Source: Candidatus Hydrogenedentota bacterium
GTDB taxonomy: Bacteria; Hydrogenedentota; Hydrogenedentia; Hydrogenedentales; SLHB01
Reading direction: 5' to 3'
DNA length: 64,000 bases
Assembly (NCBI GenBank): GCA_045863335.1
Contig: BTVY01000022.1
Location: 32,001-96,000 of the forward strand
The position numbers were made by a program, and so were the translations under genes. This document shows positions 10,969-19,729 of this stretch, one piece after another. Position 1 is the first letter of the stretch, and every line of letters starts with the position of its first letter. The notes beneath the pieces are model-generated. The model ran no database searches, was not told the origin of the DNA, and was given only the letters and a program-made list of their open reading frames with translations.

Positions 10969-11778
10969 ATGAGTAAACCAGTTGCGCTCGCCGTAGCAGC
11001 GCACCCCGATGATATCGAATTGATGATGGGCGGCACGCTCCTCATGCTGGGCAAGGCAGGTTTTGACCTCCACTACATGAACCTGTGCAACGGCTCCATG
11101 GGCACCGATTGGACGACCCGCGAAAAGATCATCGCGCAACGCACAGAGGAAGCGCGGGAAGCCGCGAAGACCCTGGGCGCGACATTCCACGATCCCATCG
11201 CCGACGATCTGGATCTGTTCTACGACCGCACCGCGCCGCGAAAGGTTTGCGCGGTCATTCGGGAAATCAAGCCGCGAATCCTTCTGGCGCAGTCTCCGCA
11301 GGACTACATGGAAGATCACATGAACGCCTGCCGGATTGCCGTGTCCTCCGCTTTCTTCCGCGGCATGTGCAATTACATGACCGATCCGCCGCAGCCGCCT
11401 TACGGCGACCCCATCACCGTCTATCACGCCCTGCCGTGGGGGCTGCGCGACCCCCTGCGCCGGGTCATCCGCGCGGGACAGTACGTGGACATCACCTCCG
11501 TTCTCGCCACCAAGCGCGCATCTCTCGCCTGCCACAAGAGTCAGAAGGAATGGCTTGATCGCAGTCAGGGACTCGACAGTTACCTGACTACCCTGGAGGA
11601 GATGTCGGCGCTGGTAGGCCGCATGTCCGGCCGCTACCAATACGCCGAAGGATGGCGCAGGCACCTGCATCTTGGATTCTGCGGCGAGCACGACGATCCG
11701 CTAACCGATGCATTGCCGGACGCGGCGCTTGTGTGTGAAGAATACACGAAAGAAATCGACGCTGGGCTGCCCCGCTAG
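10969..11778 (+). CDS. PIG-L/LmbE-family deacetylase
   Basis: AAHPDDIE, DYMEDH, CHKSQ, YAEG motifs. Confidence 0.9.
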   Translation: MSKPVALAVAAHPDDIELMMGGTLLMLGKAGFDLHYMNLCNGSMGTDWTTREKIIAQRTEEAREAAKTLGATFHDPIADDLDLFYDRTAPRKVCAVIREIKPRILLAQSPQDYMEDHMNACRIAVSSAFFRGMCNYMTDPPQPPYGDPITVYHALPWGLRDPLRRVIRAGQYVDITSVLATKRASLACHKSQKEWLDRSQGLDSYLTTLEEMSALVGRMSGRYQYAEGWRRHLHLGFCGEHDDPLTDALPDAALVCEEYTKEIDAGLPR

Positions 11779-11813
11779 CAGCCTCGAGACAGAAAGTCCC
11801 ATCTGCAACGGAT

Positions 11814-11899
11814 TGTAGCGTCCCGCCTTCCATGGCGGGCGTACTTTCCGAGAGATTCCGAGGCACGAAGTCTCGCCCGGCGTGGAAGCCGGGCGCTAC
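11814..11899. repeat. Repeat family B copy
   Basis: Arms match 3763-3850. Confidence 0.85.
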
Positions 11900-11952
11900 G
11901 GGCGAACACCCAAGTTTTATCTCAAGAACTCCGCGCGATGCGTAGCTGAAAG

Positions 11953-11986
11953 TCCCCCTTTGAAGGGGGATTTAGGGGGATGTTCC
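11953..11986. repeat. Repeat family A copy
   Basis: TCCCCCTTTGAAGGGGGATTTAGGGGGATGTTCC. Confidence 0.8.
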
Positions 11987-12022
11987 CTCTGGTACTGATC
12001 GTGAGTGCGATGCGAAATTGCG

Positions 12023-12526
12023 TCAGTGCAGCAACCCCCCTTCGATCCGCAACAGTTCCCGCTTCCATTCCAGGCCCGCGGCGTATCCGTGGAGCGAACC
12101 ATCCTTCCCCAGAAACCGATGGCAGGGGACGAGTACGGCAACCGGATTCGCGCCCAAGGCCGTGCCGACGGCGCGCGCGGTTCCCGCATTCTTGCCCAAG
12201 CGGCGCGTTAAATCACCGTACGTTTCCGTATGACCCCAAGGCGTTTCGCGCGCGGCCAGCCAGACCTCGCGTTGAAAGGCCGTCGCACCGTTGAGGTCCA
12301 GTGGAATTCGGCTAAAGTCTTCCTGCACGCCCGCGAAGTACCGTTCCAACGCCGCGTTCAATTCCCACACGCGTCCGTCGTTCGCGGCCGAGTGCAACAC
12401 CGAGCGGCGCATACCCCCCTTCTCCGCGTGGGGCAGTTCCAGCCATTGCAGTCCCGCTCGGGAAAACCATCCATAGATCGTTCCCCAAGGATGATCGAAT
12501 TGAAAGTTTGCCTGTCCCGTCATCAC
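12023..12526 (-). CDS. ogt: Methylated-DNA-[protein]-cysteine S-methyltransferase
   Basis: TAFQREVW, ARAVGTALGANP, active-site PCHR. Confidence 0.9.
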   Translation of the reverse strand: MMTGQANFQFDHPWGTIYGWFSRAGLQWLELPHAEKGGMRRSVLHSAANDGRVWELNAALERYFAGVQEDFSRIPLDLNGATAFQREVWLAARETPWGHTETYGDLTRRLGKNAGTARAVGTALGANPVAVLVPCHRFLGKDGSLHGYAAGLEWKRELLRIEGGLLH

Positions 12527-12615
12527 CGTGCCCCGCGCCTGATTTGCTCAGGAAAGAGCCTACCACAGGCGCCGAAACTCGAGCCACACGAAGGACTCAG
12601 GTTGAAAGAGGTGCT

Positions 12616-12758
12616 GTCCACCGATTGCGCCGATTTCACCGATTGAATGCCGGTCTTAATGGTCTCGTCAGCAGATTTTCTCGATGAGAAACTATGTGCG
12701 GATATGGTGCGGGAGTTCAGTCTCTTGAATCGGTGAAATCTGTGCAATCGGTGGACAA
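12616..12758. repeat. Inverted repeat family F (TGTCCACCGATTGC(G/A)CCGATTTCACCGATT)
   Basis: Left arm 12616-12645, right arm about 12729-12758; related pair at 62697-62725 and 63043-63073. Confidence 0.75.
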
Positions 12759-12783
12759 GAATAGTTAACGCGCCTGCCCGCGT

Positions 12784-14052
12784 CTACGCGCGATACGCGA
12801 CCGCGCCATCGCAGATGGTCGCCTTCACGAGGCCCCGCACGGTCATGCCGGTGAACGGCGTGTTGCGGCTGAGAGAATGAAACTCGTTGGGATTGACCAC
12901 CCATTCCGCGGAGGGATCGAAGACTGTCACGTCCGCCGCGCCGCCTTCCACGAGCGTTCCTACGGGTAGATCGAGGATGCGCGCGCCCGCAATAGACATG
13001 AGTTCGACCGCGCGTTCAATCGTGATAACGCCGGTCTCCACGAGACCGGTAATCGTGAGGGCCAGGGACGTCTCCAATCCAAGAATGCCAAACGGCGCGA
13101 ACTGGAATTCCACTTCCTTTTCCGTGGGCGTGTGCGGCGCGTGATCGGTGGCGATACAATCGATGGTGCCGTCCGCTATCGCGGCCTTGATGGCTTCCAC
13201 GTCTTCCGGTTCGCGCAAGGGCGGATTCATTTTCGCGTTCGTGCCGAAACCTACGACCGCCTCATCCGTCAGCGTCCAGTAATGAGGCGCCGTTTCGCAG
13301 GTCACCCGAATGCCCTTCGCCTTCGCGCGCCGGATAATCTCCACGCCGCCTGCCGAAGTCACATGCTGGATATGAATGCGCGCGCCGGTCAACTCCGCGA
13401 GGCGGATGTTGCGGTCGATCATGATCTCTTCCATCGCCTTTGGGCAAGCGGGAATGCCGAGCCGCGTGGAATTGTACCCTTCGTTCATGGCGCCGCCGTC
13501 CATCAGCGTCGAATCTTCGCAGTGGGCCATGTACACGAGGTCGCACATGTTCGCGTACTCCAACACCCGCCGCATAACCCAACTGTTCTGAATGTCTTTC
13601 CCGTCGTCCGTGACCGCGACTGCGCCAACCGCCTTTAGCTCGGCCATCTCGGTCATCTCGACGCCTTCCATGCCCTTCGTGGCGCAGGCGGCGGGCCAGA
13701 CCTTGATGCAGGCGGTTTCGCGCGCGCGGCGGCTGACGAACTCGATCATTCCCGCATTGTCGATGGTGGGGCGGGTGTTCGCCATCGTGACCACGGACGT
13801 GAAGCCGCCGTGTGCCGCGGCGCGGCTACCCGTGGCGATGGTTTCCTTCGATTCAAAACCAGGCTCCCGGAAATGCACGTGAATGTCGACGAGCCCCGGG
13901 CACACCACGCATCCCGCCGCGTCGATAGTCTCATCGCCCTTGAGTCCGTTGCCGATCTTCGAAACGGTGCTTCCTTCGATCAGGATGTCCATCGGTTCGG
14001 AGATGCCCTGGGAAGGTTCGATGAAATGCCCGTTGACGATGGCGAGACTCAT
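12784..14052 (-). CDS. pyrC: Dihydroorotase (long type)
   Basis: PGLVDIHVHFREPG, AKMNPPLR, IATDHAPH, SRNTPF. Confidence 0.95.
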   Translation of the reverse strand: MSLAIVNGHFIEPSQGISEPMDILIEGSTVSKIGNGLKGDETIDAAGCVVCPGLVDIHVHFREPGFESKETIATGSRAAAHGGFTSVVTMANTRPTIDNAGMIEFVSRRARETACIKVWPAACATKGMEGVEMTEMAELKAVGAVAVTDDGKDIQNSWVMRRVLEYANMCDLVYMAHCEDSTLMDGGAMNEGYNSTRLGIPACPKAMEEIMIDRNIRLAELTGARIHIQHVTSAGGVEIIRRAKAKGIRVTCETAPHYWTLTDEAVVGFGTNAKMNPPLREPEDVEAIKAAIADGTIDCIATDHAPHTPTEKEVEFQFAPFGILGLETSLALTITGLVETGVITIERAVELMSIAGARILDLPVGTLVEGGAADVTVFDPSAEWVVNPNEFHSLSRNTPFTGMTVRGLVKATICDGAVAYRA

Positions 14053-14077
14053 GAATGTTCTGTGCTCCTCGTGCGTG

Positions 14078-15061
14078 CTAGGCGGCGCGGCCGTTGACGA
14101 GCAGATGCATAATCGCCATCCGCACAGCGACGCCATTGGACACTTGCTCCAGCACGACGCTGCGCGGGCCGTCCGCGACTTCCGCCGCCAGTTCGATGTC
14201 GCGGTTGATGGGCCCGGGATGCATGACCAGCGCGTGCGCCGGAGCGGCCTTAAGCGATTCGTTGTCGATGCGGAACAAGCGAATGTATTCGCGGATACTC
14301 GGGAACAGGCATTTCTGCTGGCGTTCGAGCTGGATGCGCAGCGCGTACACCACGTCCGCACCCGCAATCGCGTCGCGCAGATTTGACGTGGTCTCCGCGC
14401 CCATGCGGCCGACCTCCGGAGGCATGAGCGTGTTCGGGCCGCACAATATCACGCTGGCGCCCAATTTCGTCAGACCCCACACGTTGCTCCGCGCCACCCG
14501 GCTATGCGAAATGTCGCCGATAATCGCGACGCGAATGCCGTCCAGCGTCGCGTTGGAGTCTTCCCGCTGCCGCCGCACGTGGTCGCGAATCGTAAAGGCA
14601 TCCAGCAAGGCCTGCGTCGGGTGTTCGTGGGCGCCGTCGCCCGCGTTGATGATGTGGGAATCATGGTGTTGTGCCAGGATGTGCGCCGCGCCCGCGCAAT
14701 TGTGGCGGATGACCACCACGTCGCTATGCATGGCCTCGATATTGTCGAGCGTATCGTGCAGGGTCTCGCCCTTCTTGGAGCTGGATGCCTGCACATTGAT
14801 GGTGAGCGAATCGGCGCTCAGCCGTTTCGCCGCAATCTCGAAGGAGGTCCGCGTCCGTGTGCTGGGTTCAAAAAACCAGTTCACGATCAAGCGGCCTTGC
14901 AGCAGGGGGACGCGCTTGATGCCGCTCTCGCGTTTCGATACCGCCACGAATTGCGGCGCCGTGTCCAGGATGGTCTCAATTTCCTGGCGCGACAAATCCT
15001 CGAGCCCGGTGAGATCTTTCCGCGTCCACACGGGGGCCGGCTTGTTTTCCGCGGGCGTCAT
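14078..15061 (-). CDS. pyrB: Aspartate carbamoyltransferase catalytic subunit
   Basis: FFEPSTRTRTSFE, HEHPTQALLD, GDISHSRVARS, MHPGPINR. Confidence 0.97.
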   Translation of the reverse strand: MTPAENKPAPVWTRKDLTGLEDLSRQEIETILDTAPQFVAVSKRESGIKRVPLLQGRLIVNWFFEPSTRTRTSFEIAAKRLSADSLTINVQASSSKKGETLHDTLDNIEAMHSDVVVIRHNCAGAAHILAQHHDSHIINAGDGAHEHPTQALLDAFTIRDHVRRQREDSNATLDGIRVAIIGDISHSRVARSNVWGLTKLGASVILCGPNTLMPPEVGRMGAETTSNLRDAIAGADVVYALRIQLERQQKCLFPSIREYIRLFRIDNESLKAAPAHALVMHPGPINRDIELAAEVADGPRSVVLEQVSNGVAVRMAIMHLLVNGRAA

Positions 15062-15660
15062 TCCTGGGACTCCGCGGTCTCGCCCGGCCGGCTCTCCAGC
15101 AGGACGATGTCTTCGCCGTCCGATTCCTTGAGCCGAACGAACACGTGGTCGTCCGGTTGGGTCACGAGCGACCATCCGAGGTAGTCGGCCTGTATGGGAA
15201 GCTCGCGGAGGCCGCGATCGATGAGGCAGGCCAGCCGGATATACCGGGGACGTCCGTAATCGATAATCTCGTCCATGGCGGCACGAACCGTGCGCCCGGT
15301 GGAAAGCACATCATCGACGAGGACGACCGTGGTTCCCTCCACGTCGAAGTCGAAGTGCGTCATGTGTCCGAGCGAAGCGGAACGTTTCCCGCTGCGGACA
15401 TCGTCGCGATAGAGTTCGGTGGAGAGGGAGCCGACTTTTGGCGCGACTCCGGTCATGTTCCGGATTTCGCTCACCAGCCGTTCTGCGAGGGGGCGGCCCC
15501 GGCTCAGAATCCCAAGGAGCACGACGGAGGCGAGGTCGTCATTGGCGGCGACGATTTCCTGGGCCATGCGGTGGATAGCCGCGTTCATGGCTTCCCCGTC
15601 CAGGACCACGGTGGATTCGCCGAAGTCGCTGTTCTCCTGCCCCGTGGTGGTCATCGCCAT
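15058..15660 (-). CDS. pyrR: Bifunctional pyr operon regulator / uracil phosphoribosyltransferase
   Basis: LYRDD, VVLVDDVLSTGRTVRAAMD, DRGLRELPIQADYLG. Confidence 0.95.
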   Translation of the reverse strand: MAMTTTGQENSDFGESTVVLDGEAMNAAIHRMAQEIVAANDDLASVVLLGILSRGRPLAERLVSEIRNMTGVAPKVGSLSTELYRDDVRSGKRSASLGHMTHFDFDVEGTTVVLVDDVLSTGRTVRAAMDEIIDYGRPRYIRLACLIDRGLRELPIQADYLGWSLVTQPDDHVFVRLKESDGEDIVLLESRPGETAESQE

Positions 15661-15679
15661 TCCCCGAAAGGACCGCCGG

Positions 15680-15770
15680 ATAAAAGAAAGGCCTTCTCGC
15701 AGATTGGAGAAGGTCCGGCCAGATTCATACCCACACTCGCTCTCGATTCATCTGTCCTAGGCACACCAAG
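15680..15770 (-). promoter_or_regulatory. Probable pyr-operon attenuator leader
   Basis: Minus-strand hairpin GGACCTTCTC-loop-GAGAAGGCC followed by TTTCTTTT just upstream of pyrR; a canonical PyrR-binding loop is not clearly visible. Confidence 0.55.
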
Positions 15771-15774
15771 CCCG

Positions 15775-15803
15775 ATTCTAACAGCCGGGAATGAATCAGT
15801 CAA
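15775..15803 (-). promoter_or_regulatory. Sigma70-type promoter of the pyr operon
   Basis: TTGACT-N17-TAGAAT on the minus strand. Confidence 0.7.
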
Positions 15804-15939
15804 ACGCTCCATTGCCGTCGGCCGCCTCCCGCGCTCTCGGAGTTCGCAGCCGTGCGTTTCTTGACTTCGCGGTGATCGCTCGCGCATGCTCGCTGAAGGC
15901 GCAATACTACTAACGTCAGCGAACAAGGGGGCTTCACGT

Positions 15940-17430
15940 ATGCGAACCGGATCGATCTCAATACTGGTCACACTGTTAATTGCGGCGGTCGCAACGCCGG
16001 TCTGGGCGGGTTCATTGTTTGCCGGACCGCTCGACGACCTTGCCACGCTCAAGCCGGGGCGAACGATGCGTGCATCGTCGAGCGACCCCAACTGGGCCGT
16101 GGGCAACGGCGATGCGCGTCCCATTGAACCGGGCGACACACTGGTCGTAGCGGAACTGGAAGGACCCGGCGTCATCAACCACATCTGGAATACCATCGCG
16201 TCCCAGGAACGGGGCTACTCCCGGCTCCTCGTCTTGCGCATGTATTGGGATGGCGAAGAGAGCCCTTCGATTGAAGTGCCCATCGGCGATTTCTTCGGCG
16301 TAGGCCACGGCATGGACGTGCCTTTTGATTCCCTGCCGGTTCGCGTGACCTCGGATGGCCGCGGCCGAAACTGTTACTGGCCCATGCCCTTCCGCAAGTC
16401 CGCCAAAATCACCGTGACAAACGAAGGGCGGCTTCGCACCGATGCCTTCTACTACTACGTGGACTGGCAAAAACTTCCCAGTCTGCCGGACGATACCGCG
16501 TACCTCCACGCCATGTACCGCCAGGAGTATCCGGCTACCATGGGCCAACGTTATCTCATTGCTGACATCGAAGGGCGCGGTCACTACGCCGGAACCGTGT
16601 TGAATTGCCGGCAGAACATGCCGAACTGGTTTGGTGAAGGCGACGATTTCTTCTACATCGACGGCGAGGAAGAACCCAGTCTCCGAGGCACCGGCACGGA
16701 AGACTACTTTTGCGACGGCTGGGGCTTCCGCGTGCAATCGGGGGCCTTCTACGGTGCGCCCGTATTCGAGGGATTCAAGCGAGGCGACCGCACCTCCGTG
16801 TATCGCTGGCACGTCACCGATCCCGTCACGTTCACCGAATCGCTTCGTCTCGAGATCGAACATGTGGGACCGGTCATCGACGAGACGGACAAGATCACTG
16901 CAAACTATGGCGAGCGCCCGGACGATTTCTCGTCTGTCGCGTTTTGGTACCAGCTCGAACCGCACAAGCCCTATCCGGATCTGCCCAAGGGCTACGATCG
17001 CTTGTACTTCGACTATAGCGAAATGATTGAAGCGGAAAGCCTGCTCGACGGCATCGAAGCGCCAGTAGGTCCTGTGCAGAATCAGGAAGGCGGCGCCTGG
17101 AGCAAGGGCGGCCAGTTGTTCTGGACCCCACAGGAGCCGAACCAGAGCATCACGATACCGTTCGTGATTGATGAAGATGGGACCTACTATCCGCTTTTAA
17201 TGATGACCTACTCCTTCGACTACGGCATATTCCAGTACGAACTGGACGGCGATCCCCTGGCAGAACCCATCGACCAATACCATAGCGCCGTCGTCACGCG
17301 CGAACGGCAGATGCCGCCGAGGAAGTTGGACAAAGGCACGCATACTTTGACGGTCCGAAATGTGGGCAAGAACACCGAATCGGCGGGATACTACTTCGGC
17401 CTCGACGGATTTCTACTTTTGATGCGCTAG
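15940..17430 (+). CDS. Secreted DUF2961 / GH172-like glycoside hydrolase with C-terminal extension
   Basis: Signal peptide; GPGVINHIW, LRMYWDGE, PIGDFFG, PMPFRKSA, WFGEGD, GTGTEDYF. Confidence 0.85.
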   Translation: MRTGSISILVTLLIAAVATPVWAGSLFAGPLDDLATLKPGRTMRASSSDPNWAVGNGDARPIEPGDTLVVAELEGPGVINHIWNTIASQERGYSRLLVLRMYWDGEESPSIEVPIGDFFGVGHGMDVPFDSLPVRVTSDGRGRNCYWPMPFRKSAKITVTNEGRLRTDAFYYYVDWQKLPSLPDDTAYLHAMYRQEYPATMGQRYLIADIEGRGHYAGTVLNCRQNMPNWFGEGDDFFYIDGEEEPSLRGTGTEDYFCDGWGFRVQSGAFYGAPVFEGFKRGDRTSVYRWHVTDPVTFTESLRLEIEHVGPVIDETDKITANYGERPDDFSSVAFWYQLEPHKPYPDLPKGYDRLYFDYSEMIEAESLLDGIEAPVGPVQNQEGGAWSKGGQLFWTPQEPNQSITIPFVIDEDGTYYPLLMMTYSFDYGIFQYELDGDPLAEPIDQYHSAVVTRERQMPPRKLDKGTHTLTVRNVGKNTESAGYYFGLDGFLLLMR

Positions 17431-17485
17431 TACCCAGCTTTGGATTTGCCTGTTCAATGAGCTTGCGCAACATATTCTCTTAAAG

Positions 17486-17520
17486 TCCCCCTTCGAAGGG
17501 GGATTCAGGGGGATGTTCCC
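17486..17520. repeat. Repeat family A copy
   Basis: TCCCCCTTCGAAGGGGGATTCAGGGGGGATGTTCC. Confidence 0.8.
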
Positions 17521-17579
17521 TCAGGCACCGGTGTGAAGTGCCGGGCGGTTCGTCGAGCTCGCACCGCTACGGATGCCGC

Positions 17580-17882
17580 TCAGGCGTAGTATGCCCAGAC
17601 TTCCGCGCCGTTCGTGAGCGTTACGCGGTGCCGGGCGTACAGGTCGCCCTCGTAGCGATCGATGAGAGCGAGTTCGGCATCCGTGACGTCAAGAACCCGG
17701 CCAGATACGGTACCGTCCGATTCCGGCACCAGATTCGGAAATACTTCCGTGCCGTCCTGCAAAGTGGTCTTGCGGTACCCCGCCAGTTGCGCTGGAGTGC
17801 CCGCGATTTCGCGCCCAATTACAGCCCGTTGCACGTGAACGTGCAGAAGCGTGCCGTATGCAAACAAAGTCTGGGTACTCAT
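17580..17882 (-). CDS. Gamma-glutamylcyclotransferase (AIG2-like) protein
   Basis: LFAYGTL, LALIDRYEG-x-x-Y-x-R, VWAY. Confidence 0.85.
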   Translation of the reverse strand: MSTQTLFAYGTLLHVHVQRAVIGREIAGTPAQLAGYRKTTLQDGTEVFPNLVPESDGTVSGRVLDVTDAELALIDRYEGDLYARHRVTLTNGAEVWAYYA

Positions 17883-18085
17883 GCTGATGACTCGCTCCGC
17901 CCGTTTGTCCCGCCCATCCATCATATCAGAGAATGCCCGTCTTGGCACTTTCCCCGCGAAACATGCTATATTCCGCTGTTCCCTGTATCGAACACTGCGC
18001 AGTACTCTTTTGTCAGGCCGCCCGCCCAACGCGCCAATCCGATTTCCAACCGCGCCGGGGCTGACGCCATCCATCAGGACACGGC

Positions 18086-19462
18086 ATGAAACCATTTGAC
18101 GAGGAACTGGTCTCCGGCAGCATTGTCCGCTCCGTGTGGAAGCTGTCGTGGCCCATCGTGCTCATGAATCTCATCAACGGGATTCATGGCATGGTGGACC
18201 AGGTCCTCGTGGGCCATTACGTGCAGGCGCACGAAGCCAACGCGGCCATCGGCGTGGCGTGGAATCTGTTTTTGCTGATCGTGGTTTCGCTGGCGTCGTT
18301 GTTTCACGGCATGGGCGTGCTCATCGCGCAGTACGCCGGACGGCGCGACCGTGAAGCCATGGCGGTCGTGCTTTATCAGACCATCCTCTGCACGCTCTAC
18401 CTCGTCCTGTTTGTTGTAGCGCCGCTGGGGTATCTGTGTTCACCGTTACTTCTGCGGCTGGTCAACGCGCCGCCCGACGTGCAGCACTACGCCTTGCCCT
18501 ACCTGCGCATCATGTTCCTGTTCGGCGTGCCCTTATCGATGAATTTTCTGCTCGGCACCGCTATGCAAACCAGCGGCGATCCGAAGACGCCCCTCAAGCT
18601 CGTCGTGCTCAGCACCATTCTCAACGTTATCTTCAGCGCGGTGTTTATTGTCGGACTCGGACCCTTCCCCGCGATGGGCCCGGCCGGCGCGGCCCTGGGC
18701 ACCTGTCTGGCTCCCATTCCAGGGATTATTATCGCGTTCACCCTAATCCTGAAAGGTCGGCTGATTCTTCAATTTCCCAAGGAATGGTCGCTCAAACCGG
18801 ATTTCGAAGTGGTGCGCAGCATCACGCGCATCGGCATTCCCACCGGGATCAACGGGGTCGTGCTGAACATCGGAGGCATCTGGCTCTACCGCTACATCGG
18901 CGGCCTGGATCACGGCGGCGCCGCCATGGCTTCCTACACCATCTGCTACGCGCAGCTCTTCTCATTCGTCACCTGGGCATCGCTGGGGCTGCGCGGCGCT
19001 TCCGCCGCTTTGATGGGACAGAATATCGGCGCAGGCAAGACCGATCGCGGCCGCCGCGGCGTTCACGTTGCCGCGCTCATGGGCACGAGCTGGGCGGTAA
19101 TCTGGGGCATCGCCGTGTGGAACCTCCCGGAGGTGTTCCTGGGCATCTTCAATTTGCAGGACCCCATGGTCGTGACCTTCGGCACGGCCCTGCTGCGTTA
19201 TCTCGCGATCTCGGGCATTTTTCTCTCCGCCGCACTCGCGCTGACCGGCGGCTTGATTGGCGCCGGCGACACGCAAAAACCCATGTGGATCGCCATCGTC
19301 ACGCAAATCATCATTCTGTTAGGCGTCTGCCAACTCTACGCAGCCTTCGGCCGGCTCTCCGCCAACGCCATCTGGCAGGCAATCCTTATCAGCCACTTCA
19401 GTCGCTACGTCCTAACCCATATCGTCTTTCGCCACGCAAAATGGAAACCCCTCGTCTTCTGA
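18086..19462 (+). CDS. MATE-family efflux transporter
   Basis: About 12 TM segments; WKLSWP, GDPKTPL, GQNIGAG, GAGDTQKPM. Confidence 0.9.
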   Translation: MKPFDEELVSGSIVRSVWKLSWPIVLMNLINGIHGMVDQVLVGHYVQAHEANAAIGVAWNLFLLIVVSLASLFHGMGVLIAQYAGRRDREAMAVVLYQTILCTLYLVLFVVAPLGYLCSPLLLRLVNAPPDVQHYALPYLRIMFLFGVPLSMNFLLGTAMQTSGDPKTPLKLVVLSTILNVIFSAVFIVGLGPFPAMGPAGAALGTCLAPIPGIIIAFTLILKGRLILQFPKEWSLKPDFEVVRSITRIGIPTGINGVVLNIGGIWLYRYIGGLDHGGAAMASYTICYAQLFSFVTWASLGLRGASAALMGQNIGAGKTDRGRRGVHVAALMGTSWAVIWGIAVWNLPEVFLGIFNLQDPMVVTFGTALLRYLAISGIFLSAALALTGGLIGAGDTQKPMWIAIVTQIIILLGVCQLYAAFGRLSANAIWQAILISHFSRYVLTHIVFRHAKWKPLVF

Positions 19463-19511
19463 TCCCCGCATCTTTTACCACGCCCGCCGACACCCCGAAT
19501 CCGTAAACCAG

Positions 19512-19585
19512 AATCGGTATCGGGATCGGTATCGTAATTGACGCGGGAATCGCGAAGTGTTTTTGATACCGATCCCGATACCGAT
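19512..19585. repeat. Inverted hexamer-repeat element family E (ATCGG[TG])n ... (ACCGAT/CCCGAT)n
   Basis: ATCGGTATCGGGATCGGTATCG facing GATACCGATCCCGATACCGAT; second copy at 43057-43148. Confidence 0.8.
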
Positions 19586-19729
19586 GAGGAGGATTCTGTG
19601 CGGCGATTACCGGCTCGAGCCCCGCGCTCAGGAGAAATCCTGAACCAAACCAAAAACGGCGCCCGGCTCTTTCTCGAACCAGGCGCCGCAAATATCTTCA
19701 ATTCGTAATTCTTAATTCATAATTCAATC

